Origin: Antedon mediterranea
Lineage: Eukaryota; Animalia; Echinodermata
Assembly: GCF_964355755.1 (NCBI RefSeq)
Contig: NC_092670.1
Span: forward strand, 25,406,795-25,470,794
Reading direction: 5' to 3'
Length of the DNA stretch: 64,000 nucleotides
This document shows positions 1 to 12,920 of this stretch, one piece after another (position 1 is the first letter of the stretch; the number at the start of each line of letters is the position of its first letter). The translations under genes and the position numbers were made by a program. Below the pieces are notes generated by a model that ran no database searches, had not been told where the DNA came from, and saw only the letters and a program-made list of their open reading frames with translations.

Positions 1-736
1 ATATTCTGGTTTTTCATGTTTGAGCTTTTCAATGCAGTCAACAAGAAAACTAACTTCCCTAAATGCCAAGAATCCAGAGATATATGGAGCTGTCAACTGG
101 ATATGACTGCAGTCACTGTAGACAACCTGAAACAAAAGAGATTAAGAATACAGAAACACCATAACTCTACTTAACTATTACAGTATATCGCTAAAACAAC
201 AATGTTTTCATAGTGAACTACAGTAGAACTTTTGAGATACGGAAGACCTCTATTATTATTGTTATTTTCAGGGTGCATGGGTCGGTCAACTTTGAGTGTG
301 CAAAATGGTTGATTCAGTGTGTAATGCTTCCACTTTATTTGTGTAAGTAGAGAGGTCCTATCTTCACCTGTAGGTCAGGGTAACTGCACACTACTAAACA
401 TGCACATGCGTTGAAATCATCTCCCTTCACAAAAGACAAATCAACACCACCGATGTAACATAAACTGTTCAATTCTTTCTCATTCTGCCATTTTTCAACA
501 TCTTCACAAACTAACTTGCTCTTTAGTTGTTCCTGTTTTCTAAATGACAAAACAAGTTTTATCCAAAAAAAATCTATCTTATATTTTTTTTGTAAACAAA
601 ACAAAACTTAGCATTTTAGCCAGGTCACGGATCTGCCCAGATCCCATTCACCTCATTTTAACCAGTTGTGCAACCCGTTGGCCACTTACAATTCCCATTC
701 TGCTTTAACAATATCATTAATATCTGCTGGATCCAT
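1..736 (-). CDS. ENDOV: Endonuclease V, 5' part (coding exons 736-690, 539-368, 126-<1; continues beyond left edge)
   Basis: Spliced translation MDPADINDIVKAEWELKQEQLK...YIGGVDLSFVKGDDFNACACLVVCSYPDLQ|VVYSDCSHIQLTAPYISGFLAFREVSFLV carries the EndoV GGVDxSF and PYxxGFLAFRE motifs. GT-AG introns have consistent phases. Confidence 0.95.
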
Positions 737-949
737 TTATCACACCTTCTGTGAAAAAAGAACATCAATGAAAAATAAACATGGAAGATAAAAATTGATA
801 TGCTTTTTTGATCATTTTTTTGTTGTTGGGAAGATGTTTAAAAATTCTAGTGGAATCTTGATTTTAAAATGTAATACTTTGTCGTACAGACAACGATTTC
901 AATAATCTATCACTGTTATGATATCAGGAATATTTATATCAGTACAGAG

Positions 950-1090
950 TGCAGGTCAACTCAGCCCTAAACCGTCTCAGCCAAAGTCAAGTCGGCCCCA
1001 CCCCCACGTCAAGTCGGTCTCAAGTCAACTCGGCCTCACGTCATCTCGGCCTCAAGCCAACTCGGCCCTTACGTCAACTCGGCCCCATTA
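950..1090. repeat. Cluster of CAACTCGGCC-like short repeats, probable non-autonomous DNA transposon end
   Basis: Repeated caactcggcc/caagtcggcc/catctcggcc units; no matching opposite end identified. Confidence 0.45.
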
Positions 1091-1364
1091 AAGTATGGAA
1101 TGCAAAAACTGCTAATAGTTATATTATAATTGCAAGATTAGTTAGGTTAAGCCTACAAAATAGGCCTAGGCCTAGACAAGATAAACGGAAAATTCAATAT
1201 AAATTATAACACACCCGGTCTTTTTTGTTTAATTGATAGTATTTATTTATATTATATTATTAATATTATTATTAGTTGTGATGTAGTCTCAGTAACGTGT
1301 TTGTTAGGTCTTATTTTAATACAAGGATGTTCCCAGAATGAATCGAAATATTCTTAGATATATT

Positions 1365-1435
1365 AAGCATTGTCTACACTATCAAACTTTATTATGTGAC
1401 AAAATAATGTGATGTACCCATATATGGACATGATG
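1365..1435. mobile_element. Partial copy of ~135-bp PIF/Harbinger-like MITE
   Basis: aagcattgtctacactatcaaac...tgtgatgtacccatatatggacatgatg matches the copies at 5164 and 32311. Confidence 0.7.
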
Positions 1436-1499
1436 TCACGAGTTGGATCGAATTCTCCTGTTCCTGTACCTAAAAAATTCACAAACAATTTATGTGCAG

Positions 1500-1894
1500 T
1501 TACTTACAGAGCAAATCAATGCAATTGAATTCATACCCTCAAGGATTATTATAACTGTGAATAAAAAAGAAAATATTGTAATTTATAACAAAAAAGACAA
1601 GAAACCAATGGTAAAGTAAAGAAAATGTCAGCCTCTTGCATCATATCACGAGCATGTGAAATTTCATGCTTGAACAATCTTGTTTATTTTTATTAGAGTA
1701 TTAGTGACGTGTAAATACTCTGAGCATGCGCAAGAGCACTAAACTTTAGTTACTACAACAAACGCAGTTCTCGGTTTCGCAAATTTCGGTTCCGTAAATT
1801 AAATCCCCATTAAAATTGTCAATTTATTGACATTTTATCCAAAAAAGGGTAACTATTAAAAGGAGAAAGTGCTAATTTAAGAAAATTCATTGCA
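1500..1894. promoter_or_regulatory. Probable bidirectional promoter ENDOV/DNAL4
   Basis: Head-to-head genes with ATGs at 736 (-) and 1895 (+). Local CpG enrichment and an NRF1-like GAGCATGCGC at ~1722. The ENDOV ATG exon is preceded by a splice acceptor, implying an upstream non-coding exon. Confidence 0.55.
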
Positions 1895-2892
1895 ATGGAA
1901 GAGCAACAAGAGGGAAAAAAGGACGAAAAGGAAACAGACTACAGGAGGTTGCAAAGTTATCCATTGATTCGGGTAGGTTTAGCCAGCCGGCGGCCAAGCT
2001 GGTATCGATTATACGCTTGATTGAAACTGTTCAATTGGGGTACTGTTGCCTTCATTGCAAACGTTCTTTAGGCCTAGAAAAAAATACTTTCTCCAAACAA
2101 GGCCTAGGCCCGGATTATTCATAATTAAGCTTAATCTATCCCATACTAGGCCTAAGCCTATTTTAGCCTATAAATATTAATCAATATTTATTAATTTAAA
2201 TTAAGTTATAATTAATAATAATATTGAATGGAGGTTTCTTTTTATTTTATTTCACAATGTTAAAAACTGCAGATTGTTATCTTCAATATTTACATTTTTT
2301 TTGCGATGTGCAGTATGATCTCTTGTTTCATTTACAAAATATCCACTACTTACTCATAAAAATGCCAGTTTTAGTTTTATCAGAGTATTTTATTTCAGCA
2401 TTCCGATATGAATGAAGAAATGAGGACGGAAACTATGGAACTGTGTGTAACAGCATGTGAAAAATTTGCTAATAATAATGAGGTACTGCTGCACTAACTA
2501 TTTAATCATTTACATGTTGTAACACTGTGTACATTATTTTCAGTAAGATATGTCAATTTGGGTTGATGGAACAGCAATTATACAGAACTTTAATGACATG
2601 ATACTTCTTAATCTAAAAACTACCTTTCTTAGATACAATAGTAGGCCTATACTAATAGTATAGACTTTACACATTTTTCAGATATTAATTATTCACTATT
2701 TTTAAAATATATTATTTTGTTTTTCAGAGTGCTGCAAAGCTTATAAAAGAATCTATGGACAAGAAATTTGGGTCTTCATGGCATGCAATTGTCGGGGAAG
2801 GATTTGGGTTTGAAATCACACATGAAACAAAAAATCTTTTATACATGTTCTTTGGCGGAAACATGGCTATTACTGTTTGGAAATGTTCATAG
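1895..2892 (+). CDS. DNAL4: Dynein axonemal light chain 4 (exons 1895-1972, 2399-2482, 2728-2892; 108 aa)
   Basis: MEEQQEGKKDEKETDYRRLQSYPLIR|HSDMNEEMRTETMELCVTACEKFANNNE|SAAKLIKESMDKKFGSSWHAIVGEGFGFEITHETKNLLYMFFGGNMAITVWKCS*. Phase-0 GT-AG introns. Missed by the ORF track. Confidence 0.96.
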
Positions 2893-3955
2893 ACATTAAA
2901 ACATCACAAAACTGAAATCTGAAGGCATCTGCTACAGTGAATGACAACAGTGGTTACACAATGCATGGTCACCAAGTGTCTTAAAAGAGATTTTATTTAG
3001 GGTTGTATTTGAAAATATGATTGCTTAAAATTATAATTCTTCAATGAAATTACAAAAATAAACATTTCTTTTAAATGTTAATTTCAATTATTAATAATTA
3101 TATCATTTTGTAAAAAACCAAAAATAAATATTACATCAATATTGATTCGGATAAATTGAATGAAATTATATTTGAAGAATGAAAGAATAATCTGTCATTA
3201 ACTTAAATTGTGTATAAAATGTATTTATTTTATAACATGTTGGTATGTACTGTATAGCATTTAGATAAAAATAAAACACCATTCCATTTGGTCTACTCTC
3301 TAGTCTAATTTGGCAGGTACACTATGGTAACAATGGACCAGCTTAGCCAGCCACTGTTAATTCAAATAATTTTAATCAGAGACCAAGCCTTAAGAGTACC
3401 AAATAATATTGGTATTTATTTAATTTTTCTAGTTGTGTATTGATGAAAGTCACCTTGAAATTATAGCCAAAGTTATCAGATAGCTCGGAGTGCTTTTAAC
3501 ACTTTATAGAATTTAGTTATAAACTTATTGTACATTTTGAATAAATCTAGTTTTGAAAGTTTGAAATCATTAGTCAATCTTTGTTTTTAATGTATTGTAC
3601 TGGACACACCCTTTAGTGTATGTTCTAGACAGCAATTGGGCTTAATATTGGTAAAAAGATAAACAATTTGGCACACATTGCGTGTCATACTTATACTTGG
3701 GCAAAATAAAATACAATAACTAGAGACTTCCTAACTCAGAATATCTGCTTTTTAGAATAATTAATATTATAAATAAATTATTTTTGATTCACTCTTTGCT
3801 ATAAATATACAGTATAATAAATATATATATATATATAGTCTATATACTTAAAAAAAAATAAGATTATACAGTATAAATATTTATACTGAATTTCTGATAT
3901 ACATTTGACAAGTAACAGACAAACTATAAAGTTGAGATAATTTGTTTTTTCTAAA

Positions 3956-5976
3956 TCAAAGATTTGCATAATTTATTCCATAATCGGAGGGATCTACAAA
4001 CAAATCTCCATGTTCTTCATCTTTGATTTCTAAGTCAAACATGTCACAACAACCAGCTCTGTCTAATGCATCTTTGTATTTGGAGAGATCACGCGGAACA
4101 CCACCAATCCTAAGAGCTAAGTTGTATGCTTCATCACTTTCATCAATGCCCATTTCATCTCTTATTTCTGTTATCTTCATTTCGTTCATGCTCTTGATTG
4201 AAGCAAAAGCACACACCAATGGAACTTGTTCTTCTCTACCAAAATTATTAAACTGTACAGAAAAAAATTTAAGTTTCTTGAAACCTTTTGCAACTCTTGT
4301 CAGCATTGTCAGAGAATGCTCATGGTCTCCAAGAGAAGTGCCAGCTAATGTCAGTTTTATTAGAGAGTTACCGGATCTCAGTAGAAGATTCTCAAGACTC
4401 TGAATGTAAGATGAAAGGGCATTTCCACTTAAATCTAACACTTCTAGGTTACTAATGTCCATTGTATTTCCCAGAAAACTTAAGTCCCCAGCATTTAAGT
4501 AGCAACTGTCCAGTTTAAGAAGTCTAACTGGAGTTTTTAAAGGGCTGATGATGTCTAACATTCTTCCAGTAATTCTGTTATAGTTTAGACTTATATCTTG
4601 CAGTTTACGTAAGCTGGTGAAAACTTCCTTAAAGCACTTGCATAAACTGTCACCGTTGCTCAGCGTTAGATTAAACACATTATATGACAAGTCCAGACAT
4701 CTAAGGTTGCTCAGTCTGTCTAAGTGAGGCAGAACTTTAATTAAACCTTCATTTTTCAAATGGTTTAAACTTAAATTCAATCCTTGTGCTACCTATATAA
4801 TAAAAAAAACATTAATGTTATTTGTTATCTCAAAGAGGCTAGGATAATTTTGCTAATAAAAATGTCATTATTTGTAGACTACTTATAGAACAGACATACT
4901 GAACATTTTCAATTACACCAACAATGTTGACATTCATTAATTTATAACAACTTACATCATTTTTAAGATATTTTATTAACTTGATGAGTTTATTTTCCGA
5001 TAAGCCTTCTGCACTCAACTTTCCACATAACAATTCTACTTGCGATCCTTCAGAAAACTTCTTCATCGCCTTAGAAACAATTGAATAATTGTCTGCATCA
5101 ACTGACCAATCAAATATCACTCTTTTACCTACGATGACCAATCATGTAAAGTACTATAATATAAAGCTATGTCTACTGTCACTATAAACTTTATGTGACA
5201 AACAAAATGTGATGCTACCCATATATGGGCATATTACTAGCATATTTGGGCACATTACACATTTTTTGTCAAACTAGTTTGATAGTGTAGAAAGAGCTTA
5301 AGACAAATATTATGTTGAAACAAATCATAAATACAGTAAGCAACAGACATTACTACAGTAAAGTATGGAAAAGAAAGCTTATTGAAGACTTTAAAACATG
5401 ATTTGTGTGTCAGATTGATGGGTCAGATATACTTAGGGAGGATGGAATTTATTTACTATTGTACAATACCTGTACTCACATTGACTGTCTGGTTTGAATC
5501 CATTAATCATTGCCTGTAAACAGTTTTGCATTTGCAGACAATCTTTCAAAAAAAATAAAAGTAAAACATTGTTGAATATATTGTTACTCAAGATACACAA
5601 CATACAAATATGAATTGACTTTTGAGAGGTAGACAAATATTCCACAATTAAACTTACTAAGTTCAAATCCTTGTAGGTCAACAAATTTAACTTTGCAGCC
5701 TTCTACACCAACCACTACATTTAAAATGGTGATCACAATGTCATGCTTTATGCTACGCAATGAAAAATTCATGATTTTTACAACAGTACGCAAATTGAGC
5801 ACTTGATATGGCCAGCTGGAAATGAGCACTTTTGTGGCAGGAGTTTGACCATCACGAATGGCCACAGCAAGAAGAATTTGAATTAACTCTTGAGGAATGC
5901 TGACCACTGCTTCTTTGGTCATTTGGTAGTTGGATATAATTTTTGACGCACAACTATTTAACAATGAACAAACCAT
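3956..5976 (-). CDS. LRRC14/PRAME-like leucine-rich repeat protein (exons 5976-5658, 5542-5480, 5128-4956, 4792-3956; ~463 aa)
   Basis: N-terminus MVCSLLNSCASKI...IPQELIQILLAVAI...LISSWPYQVLNL resembles the PRAME/LRRC14 N-terminus. C-terminal RI-like LRRs (LRCLDLSYN, LEVLDLSGN). Exon phases join into one open frame. Confidence 0.85.
5164..5301. mobile_element. ~135-bp PIF/Harbinger-like MITE in intron
   Basis: Imperfect TIRs AAGCT(A/C)TGTCTAC...GTGTAGAAAGAGCTT with TAA-like flanks; family also at 1365 and 32311. Confidence 0.7.
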
Positions 5977-6299
5977 TGCTCATATTTTGCTGAAATCTGA
6001 AAATAGAAATACTGTATGTCATTTTAATAACTGCTCTAAAATACATTGGGGGACAAAGGATTTTAAATGTATTAAAATTAAATTGCTCTGGATCCACCTG
6101 TATAATAATTAATACAGTATAATGTGATTGGTCGTTTATTATGATGGTGGATGCATGATCCAACATTTTTTTTAATGCCATAGCTGAAGATACGATACCG
6201 TATCCATATTTCTATTATTACCGTACCTTTAGTTTTTAGAAGTATGGATACAACACACAGTACCTAGCTAGGCCTACCGTATCTTTTTAGCCATAAAAT

Positions 6300-6825
6300 A
6301 AAATAACGTTTTTTTAAAGAAAACATCTCTTGATTGAATATACTATGTCTCTTTGTCACATGAGGCGCGCCATATATATCAAAAAGTTTTTTTTCAAAGC
6401 TGCCGCCCAAATAAAATTTAACCCGCGGCCAATATCACATAATCGGCGACCGAAATGATAATACGCATTCTGAATACCGACTAGAACTAACAATATTTTA
6501 GGCCTCATCCAATTTTCACCTTCGAAATCAAACACATTCTTCAATTCATTACTAAATCCTTATTTCTGCATGCATAGCAGGTATTTAGTAACAGAGCTAC
6601 CTTGATACTGGACAATAAATCAGCTTTTATTTAGTAAAAATCTAGTTTATTTATGTCAGGTGTTTCGTGTCGTTGCATATTGTGCCACGGCCATTTTGGA
6701 AATTTGTGTCGAGTGTAAGGCACACGTTGCGTTTCATAGATGAAAACAAAAGTTCCCGACACCACGCACGCACGACGACCACCTATCACTGTCTCCTCCT
6801 TGTTCCGTGGGCCGACCGAGGTATA
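6300..6825. promoter_or_regulatory. Probable bidirectional promoter, LRRC14-like (-) / ST8Sia-like 1 (+)
   Basis: CpG-enriched island between divergent genes. YY1-like CGGCCATTTTG at ~6688. Candidate donor GAG|GTATAC at ~6821. Confidence 0.5.
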
Positions 6826-7463
6826 CTTTTTAGGCCTAGGCCCTAGGCCTATCTATAAAAATATTCTTTTAAAAGGTAAACATTTGTCATTTTCAGTATT
6901 ATGGTGAGAGGTTTACAACTCCCTGGTTTAACCGTTTAGTTCAGGCTAGCCTAGTTAAGTAAATGACTAGTTTAGGCCCTAGCTAGCTAGGAGTAGTAGG
7001 CCTAAGTTCTAACTATTAAGGCCAGGTCTCTAGGCCTGTAAGTAGTAGGCCTACCTAGCTAGTTAGGTTAGGGGAGGGGTAGGCCTGGCTGCCTATGAAT
7101 GATAGTCTAGGCCTAGCTAGGCCTATAGTAGTTAGATAGTAGTAGGCTAGGCTAGGCCTTTTTTTATAATACTTAATAGCAGCCTAATGGATGGGCTAGG
7201 TAGCGGCCTCCTAGCCTGTTTGAGGCTAGACCTCTTTATACAATCCTGGAGTCTGGAGAGAGGTACTGAGTCAATGTGTTGTGGGTTGTTATATTTTTGT
7301 TTAAACCATTAAATTGATATTATAATTAATTAAGTTGGTTTTCTTTCAGACTAATTGGTCAGACCTATGGTAGCACAAGAATGGAAGGTAGTTTTCGAAT
7401 GAGAATTTTATTTTAAAAATTCAATATCCTCAAAATTGCAACATCAAATTTTTTTTTACCAAA

Positions 7464-7851
7464 GTGGTTAGGATTCCGGCAGAATCAACGCAATTTATTG
7501 GTCAATTGAAAATCGCTCATGCATGCACATTTTTATAACCTCATGATCATGTACACGGTTTAACACCGATTTGTCCGACTGGTTGGCTGGCTTAGTGGTG
7601 TGGTACTGCGGCTATGGATGGGTCTAGTGGTTTTGTAGGTTCAATTGTAGGTTCAATTCTCGATCAATTTTTAAATTTTATTTTAATTCAAAAAATTGTA
7701 TTTTATTGACCATCGTCTTTAGGCCTATCCATCATCGTCTTTACCCACCATTGCCTAGAGGGATGTTTTTAGGTTTTAGTTCTCAGTGGTTAGTTTCTGT
7801 CGGAATCTGGTACAATGGGTAGTTGAGTTCCGGTGCCAGAATCCTAACCAC
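7464..7851. mobile_element. MITE-like element with GTGGTTAGGATTCYGGCA terminal inverted repeats and tRNA-like interior
   Basis: gtggttaggattccggca at 7464 and tgccagaatcctaaccac ending at 7851. Internal A-box-like tggcttagtgg and B-box-like ggttcaattc. Confidence 0.6.
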
Positions 7852-7905
7852 AGCGTTTTTTTTATTTATCAACTAAAAAGCTTTGTTTTTTTTGTAGTTT
7901 TTAGG

Positions 7906-10293
7906 ATGAAGTTACGCAAGCCGAAGATAAAATTCAAGCCAGCATTGTTCATTTGTCTCATTTCTGCTTCAGTAATGATGTACCTCATCATAGATATACC
8001 CATCTCATATCCAATACCGCATGGCTGCCAGTCGTAAGTAGTCTTGCTCTTCGAGATAATGATGTTAAATTTGACGATAAGGATAACAATGAGTAGATAT
8101 TTAACAAAGATGAGTGAGATGAAAAGTAATGGAGATGAAAAGTTGAATGATGATTAGAAGATTACAAAAAAGACAATTATTAAAATAATTGAATTATGAA
8201 GGTGATGATTTAAGGAACTATGTCAAATTACTAATGTCAGTTACAATTACTTCTTCTAGACCGGTTTATTCATTTATTTAGCAAGCTTTACTCATGTGAC
8301 TATTTCAGTGATTTCAAGTTAGACTACATTATAACAAATATGTTTGTCACAGTCAAAGATATAGTTACTGCAGTAACTGTCATAAAAGTAATTTTGACCA
8401 TTTGTTTCATATAGATTTACTTTGAAACTACCACCTGCTAAGAATAATTTGAACAGCACAGCAAAAACATGGATACCTAATTATTTAGCTGCAAGACAAA
8501 TAGGGTAAGACAGTAATGATTAAGTTTTGTTAAAACCATCCTCCATTTAATGATCAGTTGAACCAGGAGTTTATTTACTAAACTAAATTATCTGTATTAG
8601 TTAGGTGAATCAATATCTATGAATAAACTGGGTAGTGCAGTACTTGATTTTTAATAATTTTATGAATTGAATAATGTAGTTGGTATATGTTTTAACAGTT
8701 CAATATATATTTTTAGATTGTTTAAGCATGTGGACTTCTGTATATATTTATTTTTATGGATTCTGTACAAAAAGAAACATATATTTGCTGGGGTATAATG
8801 ACAAATCTATGTTGTTATTTGGCAAGTTTTGTAAATCAGATGTTATTATTATTTTGTATTATATTTCCACAGTAAAATGACATCAAGCTGCCTGCCACCT
8901 CATAGTACATTATTAATATATGCTGCAAATAATTCTGTAAACGATATCGATTTTAAACAAGGCTTTAACCCTGTAGAATATATATCTTTTTTATATGACG
9001 GCAAGAGTGGTACACCTACAGACATGTCTGCAAACTTTGACCGAATAAATCGGCAAAAACATTGCGCTATTATTGGCAATAGTGGTATTCTTTTAAACAG
9101 TAGCTGCGGAAAAGAAATTGATAATAATCATGATTTTGTTATGCGTTCAAATTTTGCACCGATTGAGCAGTATTTGGGAGATGTCGGCGTGAAAACGAAC
9201 CTTACCGTAATCAACATTGAAAAAATCTGGCAAATATCTAGTATTTTATCAACAGGAAATTTCAAAGACCCTTTAGCAAAAACTATGTTACGTCGGTTAA
9301 AGTTTTTAAATGACTCTGTAGTGTGGTATCCAAAAGGAGCGAGATTCCGTTTTTATGTGAGAGCAAAATTACAGTTTATTGCGAGACAGTTGAAAACAAA
9401 GTATCATATACCACTCAGAATAGGGTACAGTTGGAGAAACCTGGAAGCATTGATAAAATGGTAAGTTTATTAAAAAACTCAAGCATGGTTTCCACTGGTC
9501 TCACAAACAGAAGAGATTAACTTAGTGCAAACTCATATAGTAGGACCCAATCTAATCAATTTTGCTCTGATGATCAATAACATATTGTTAATTCTATGTC
9601 TCTATTCAAGAGTTTTAATACATTCACCAGTCTGCGGTCCATGGGTGATTGTTAATTTTTTTTCATACTGTATCTTTGTTTAGTTCTGTATATAAAGAGT
9701 TTTTTGATTATGTTAAATTTTTATATGTACAATGATTACGAAATAAACAATAAATGAAATAAAAAAACGGAGTGTTTGAAGGGGTGGATGCTCAGCTACG
9801 GATAGCTGGGTTCAGATTTCATGATGACAAGATGTTCAGCGCCACTCCCAAAGTCTTATTTCAAGACTGTTTGTCGAGGACAGTGACAGTGTGTAACTAA
9901 ACAAATTAATTAATTAAAATAGAAGATTGTTTAAATCAGTATGGTTGTAATCAGTTTGATTCAAATCAGTATGGTTGTAATCAGTTTGATTCAAATCAGT
10001 ATGGTTGTAATCAGTTTGATTTAATTTTTAGGTTCTGGGGTATGGAAGAATACTACACTACAACAGGGCTAAACATGTACACTGTTGCAACAACATTCTG
10101 CGATCAGATCACCCTTTATGGTTTTTACCCCTTCCACGTTGACAAGCACAACCGAAGAATTCCGCACCATTACTATGAAGATATTCCCTACAATTATGTA
10201 AACAAAGTGCATTCATTTCACGAAGAGTTTGACCGCCTCACAATCTTACATGGTATAGGTGCGTTGCGACTTGTAACTGACCGTTGCCAATAA
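7906..10293 (+). CDS. Alpha-2,8-sialyltransferase-like (GT29/ST8Sia) paralog 1 (exons 7906-8033, 8873-9460, 10032-10293; 325 aa)
   Basis: Type II membrane anchor. Sialylmotif L CAIIGNSGILLNSSCGKEID..DFVMRSNFAP..DVG, motif S TTGLNMYTVATTFCDQITLYGFYPF, motif III HHYYE, motif VS HSFHEE, and a C-terminal Cys. Phase-2 GT-AG introns. Confidence 0.93.
9933..10022. repeat. 3 x 30-bp tandem repeat immediately upstream of the splice acceptor
   Basis: aaatcagtatggttgtaatcagtttgatt(c) repeated three times. Confidence 0.9.
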
Positions 10294-12872
10294 TAAGATA
10301 ATTAAATTGTGTTAGAGAAGTACTAGTAGCTGTCAACCAAAGAAGTATTATAATAGTATCAGAAAGATTATTTTCAACATGCTAGCACAACTTCATTACA
10401 CATTTTAGTTCTGTTATCAACGTGCGTCACATGATGTAGAGCAAAGAAGAACGTAATCCATATTTTGTTTTTTGTTACAAAAATCGTATTGTAACATTTA
10501 GTACCATACTTGTGTGAATGTCCACCTTGTTGTTCAGATAACTAGATGATTTTATAGCCTACAATACAAGACCTTACTCACCTACATATCAGGCCTGCTG
10601 TACATTTACACGTCCACTGTATAGCATGCACATGCTGTTTCTTCACAAATTTATAACATTACAATGAAATATTATATTTATATGGTATTTTACACATTCC
10701 AAAAATAATTTAGTTTAATGATTATTTAGTGATAAATCTGCTTTAGCCTAGAATGTTAATCTATCAAACCTATATTAATATTGTTTCACAAGTCCTTATT
10801 TTGATCCTACTACCCACCGTTGTTTCACAAGTCTTTAGGAGGGAGGGGACAAGTTTGACATGAAACGCCTATTAACAAATGGCTTCTAAAATGTATTAAA
10901 TACAGGTAGCTTTTGCACCATCCATCCTTGATCCTGCCGTTAAGTGCTAGAGGTACTTCCTTTTTTGTTTAATATGGTGTTGTTATTTTGTTATAGTTTT
11001 TATTTAATATAATTTCATCTGTGAATACAAATTATTATGACGTGATTATTTTAATTTATAAAAAAAAGCATTATTTAATGTAAAATTAATTTTTCTATTT
11101 ATATTTGATATGATTTAATAATAATATATCAAATTATAGTACTGAAATAAATTATTTATAAATAAATAAGATTATTAAAAAGAAAAGTTGTAGTGGTTGT
11201 AGCAATGAATGTGCTTCCAATTTGATGAATCGTCACAATTTGTGTATGGTGCGCCATATGTGTCATAATATTCCATGTAAATTTCAGAAAGTTGATTTAA
11301 TTCAATATGGTGTGCCACAAATAGGTTTCAACTATGGTATTTAAAAAAAATTATATTTATATATACTGTGAGCCACAATATACAAAAGGTATAAAATGTT
11401 AGTCCTATGTTCGGCTGCATCATGAATTTGGTGTCAGATGACTGAAATGCACTGTAAGTTCAAGTAGCCTATTCTGTAAATCGGCAATAACAAAAAAAAT
11501 CTAATTGATCTGATAATGATTCTTACCCTTTGAGCATTCTGTATTAGTTGTTACGTTATGCTTAATTGTGTATATGAGTGGCATTATTTATATTAGTTTA
11601 AATATTAAATTATTAGTCAAATTATACTATGTAATCTTACAATAAGCTTTGATTAGTAAACATTTTAATATTATAATGTACAAACTTATGATCTATATGT
11701 ATGGAATGTGTTTAATAGTACCCTGTTGGTTAGGGTTATCCCTGTTGTTCACCTTATTGTGTCTTATGAGTGGTCTGACTTTTATTAAGAATTTCTTTTG
11801 ATTGCGATTGGTTAGATTGTATGACTGGTATTCTATTTCATTCTGTGTAATTCCTAAAATAACTTATATATGTTTTCAATTAATTTATAATTTAAAAAAA
11901 TGTCTTATTTAATATAGAATGATAAAATATATTTTGTATGAATGAACATATTTCTTTTCAAAAAATGATTAATATTTAAGAGATTTTTTATTGAAAGTTT
12001 ATTGTAATAAGCGTAATATTGATAATGTAAATGAGAATATTAAATTTCTGTTATTTTATACAATATTTTTATATCAATAATTTTACTGCAATGAGGGTTT
12101 TACATCTACTAATTAAAACATAATTTAATAAATGTTATGGGATTTAAACATTATCAATGTGCTGTCAGGTATTTTTTTATTCATAATCTAAGGCATGGTT
12201 CGTGAACTTTTGCTTTCAAGGATTGATTGAATTAAATTCTTCATAGAGATATTTTCACTATAATATCTCTATGGTTTATTTGACTTTTTTTCTTCTTCAC
12301 CATCATTAAATCACCAAGCGCGCGCGATATAATGGTTCAATGATAATAACAATAACAAAATAAACAATAACAGCAACAGCAAATAACAATAATGATAATA
12401 ATACTAATAACAAAAATAATAATACTGTAGGCTGGCTAATGGTACAACATGTAGGCCTACTGGTTTTCAAACACATAACTAATGATATATTGTAAGGAAA
12501 AGAATTTTACAATGTGCATTTCAGAAAATATAAACAAACATTTAATAATATTTTGACCGTATTTTTTCGCATAAACGCCCCGGTGATTTTATTGTTCAGG
12601 AAGAGGGGTATATAATATATATTTTATTTTTATATTATGTATATTTTGGGTGTAATATAGTAACATGTATAATAAAATAACCCCTAAATTAAAAAAAGTA
12701 CAACGCAATTAATATCAAAAAGTGATAAAATACAGTAAAAATTCTACGGCTATCTAAAATTTCAAGCCCTTTTCTTACAATGTTGCCGTCTGTTTTTGGT
12801 AAGTTCTAAATCGATATTCATCAATATTTTCATAATCCGTCAGTTTTCAACTCTAGACCTATATTAGACATC

Positions 12873-12919
<47 letters not shown>
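12873..12919. repeat. (AAT)n microsatellite
   Basis: Direct reading. Confidence 0.95.

Positions 12920-12920
<1 letters not shown>

Noticed and set aside
949-1209. 86-aa ORF between ENDOV and DNAL4
   Set aside because: Non-ATG start and made of short repeat units.
4023-4403. 126-aa plus-strand ORF (also 33047-33343, 13541-13756, 15802-16029)
   Set aside because: Antisense shadows of real coding sequence with no recognisable motifs.
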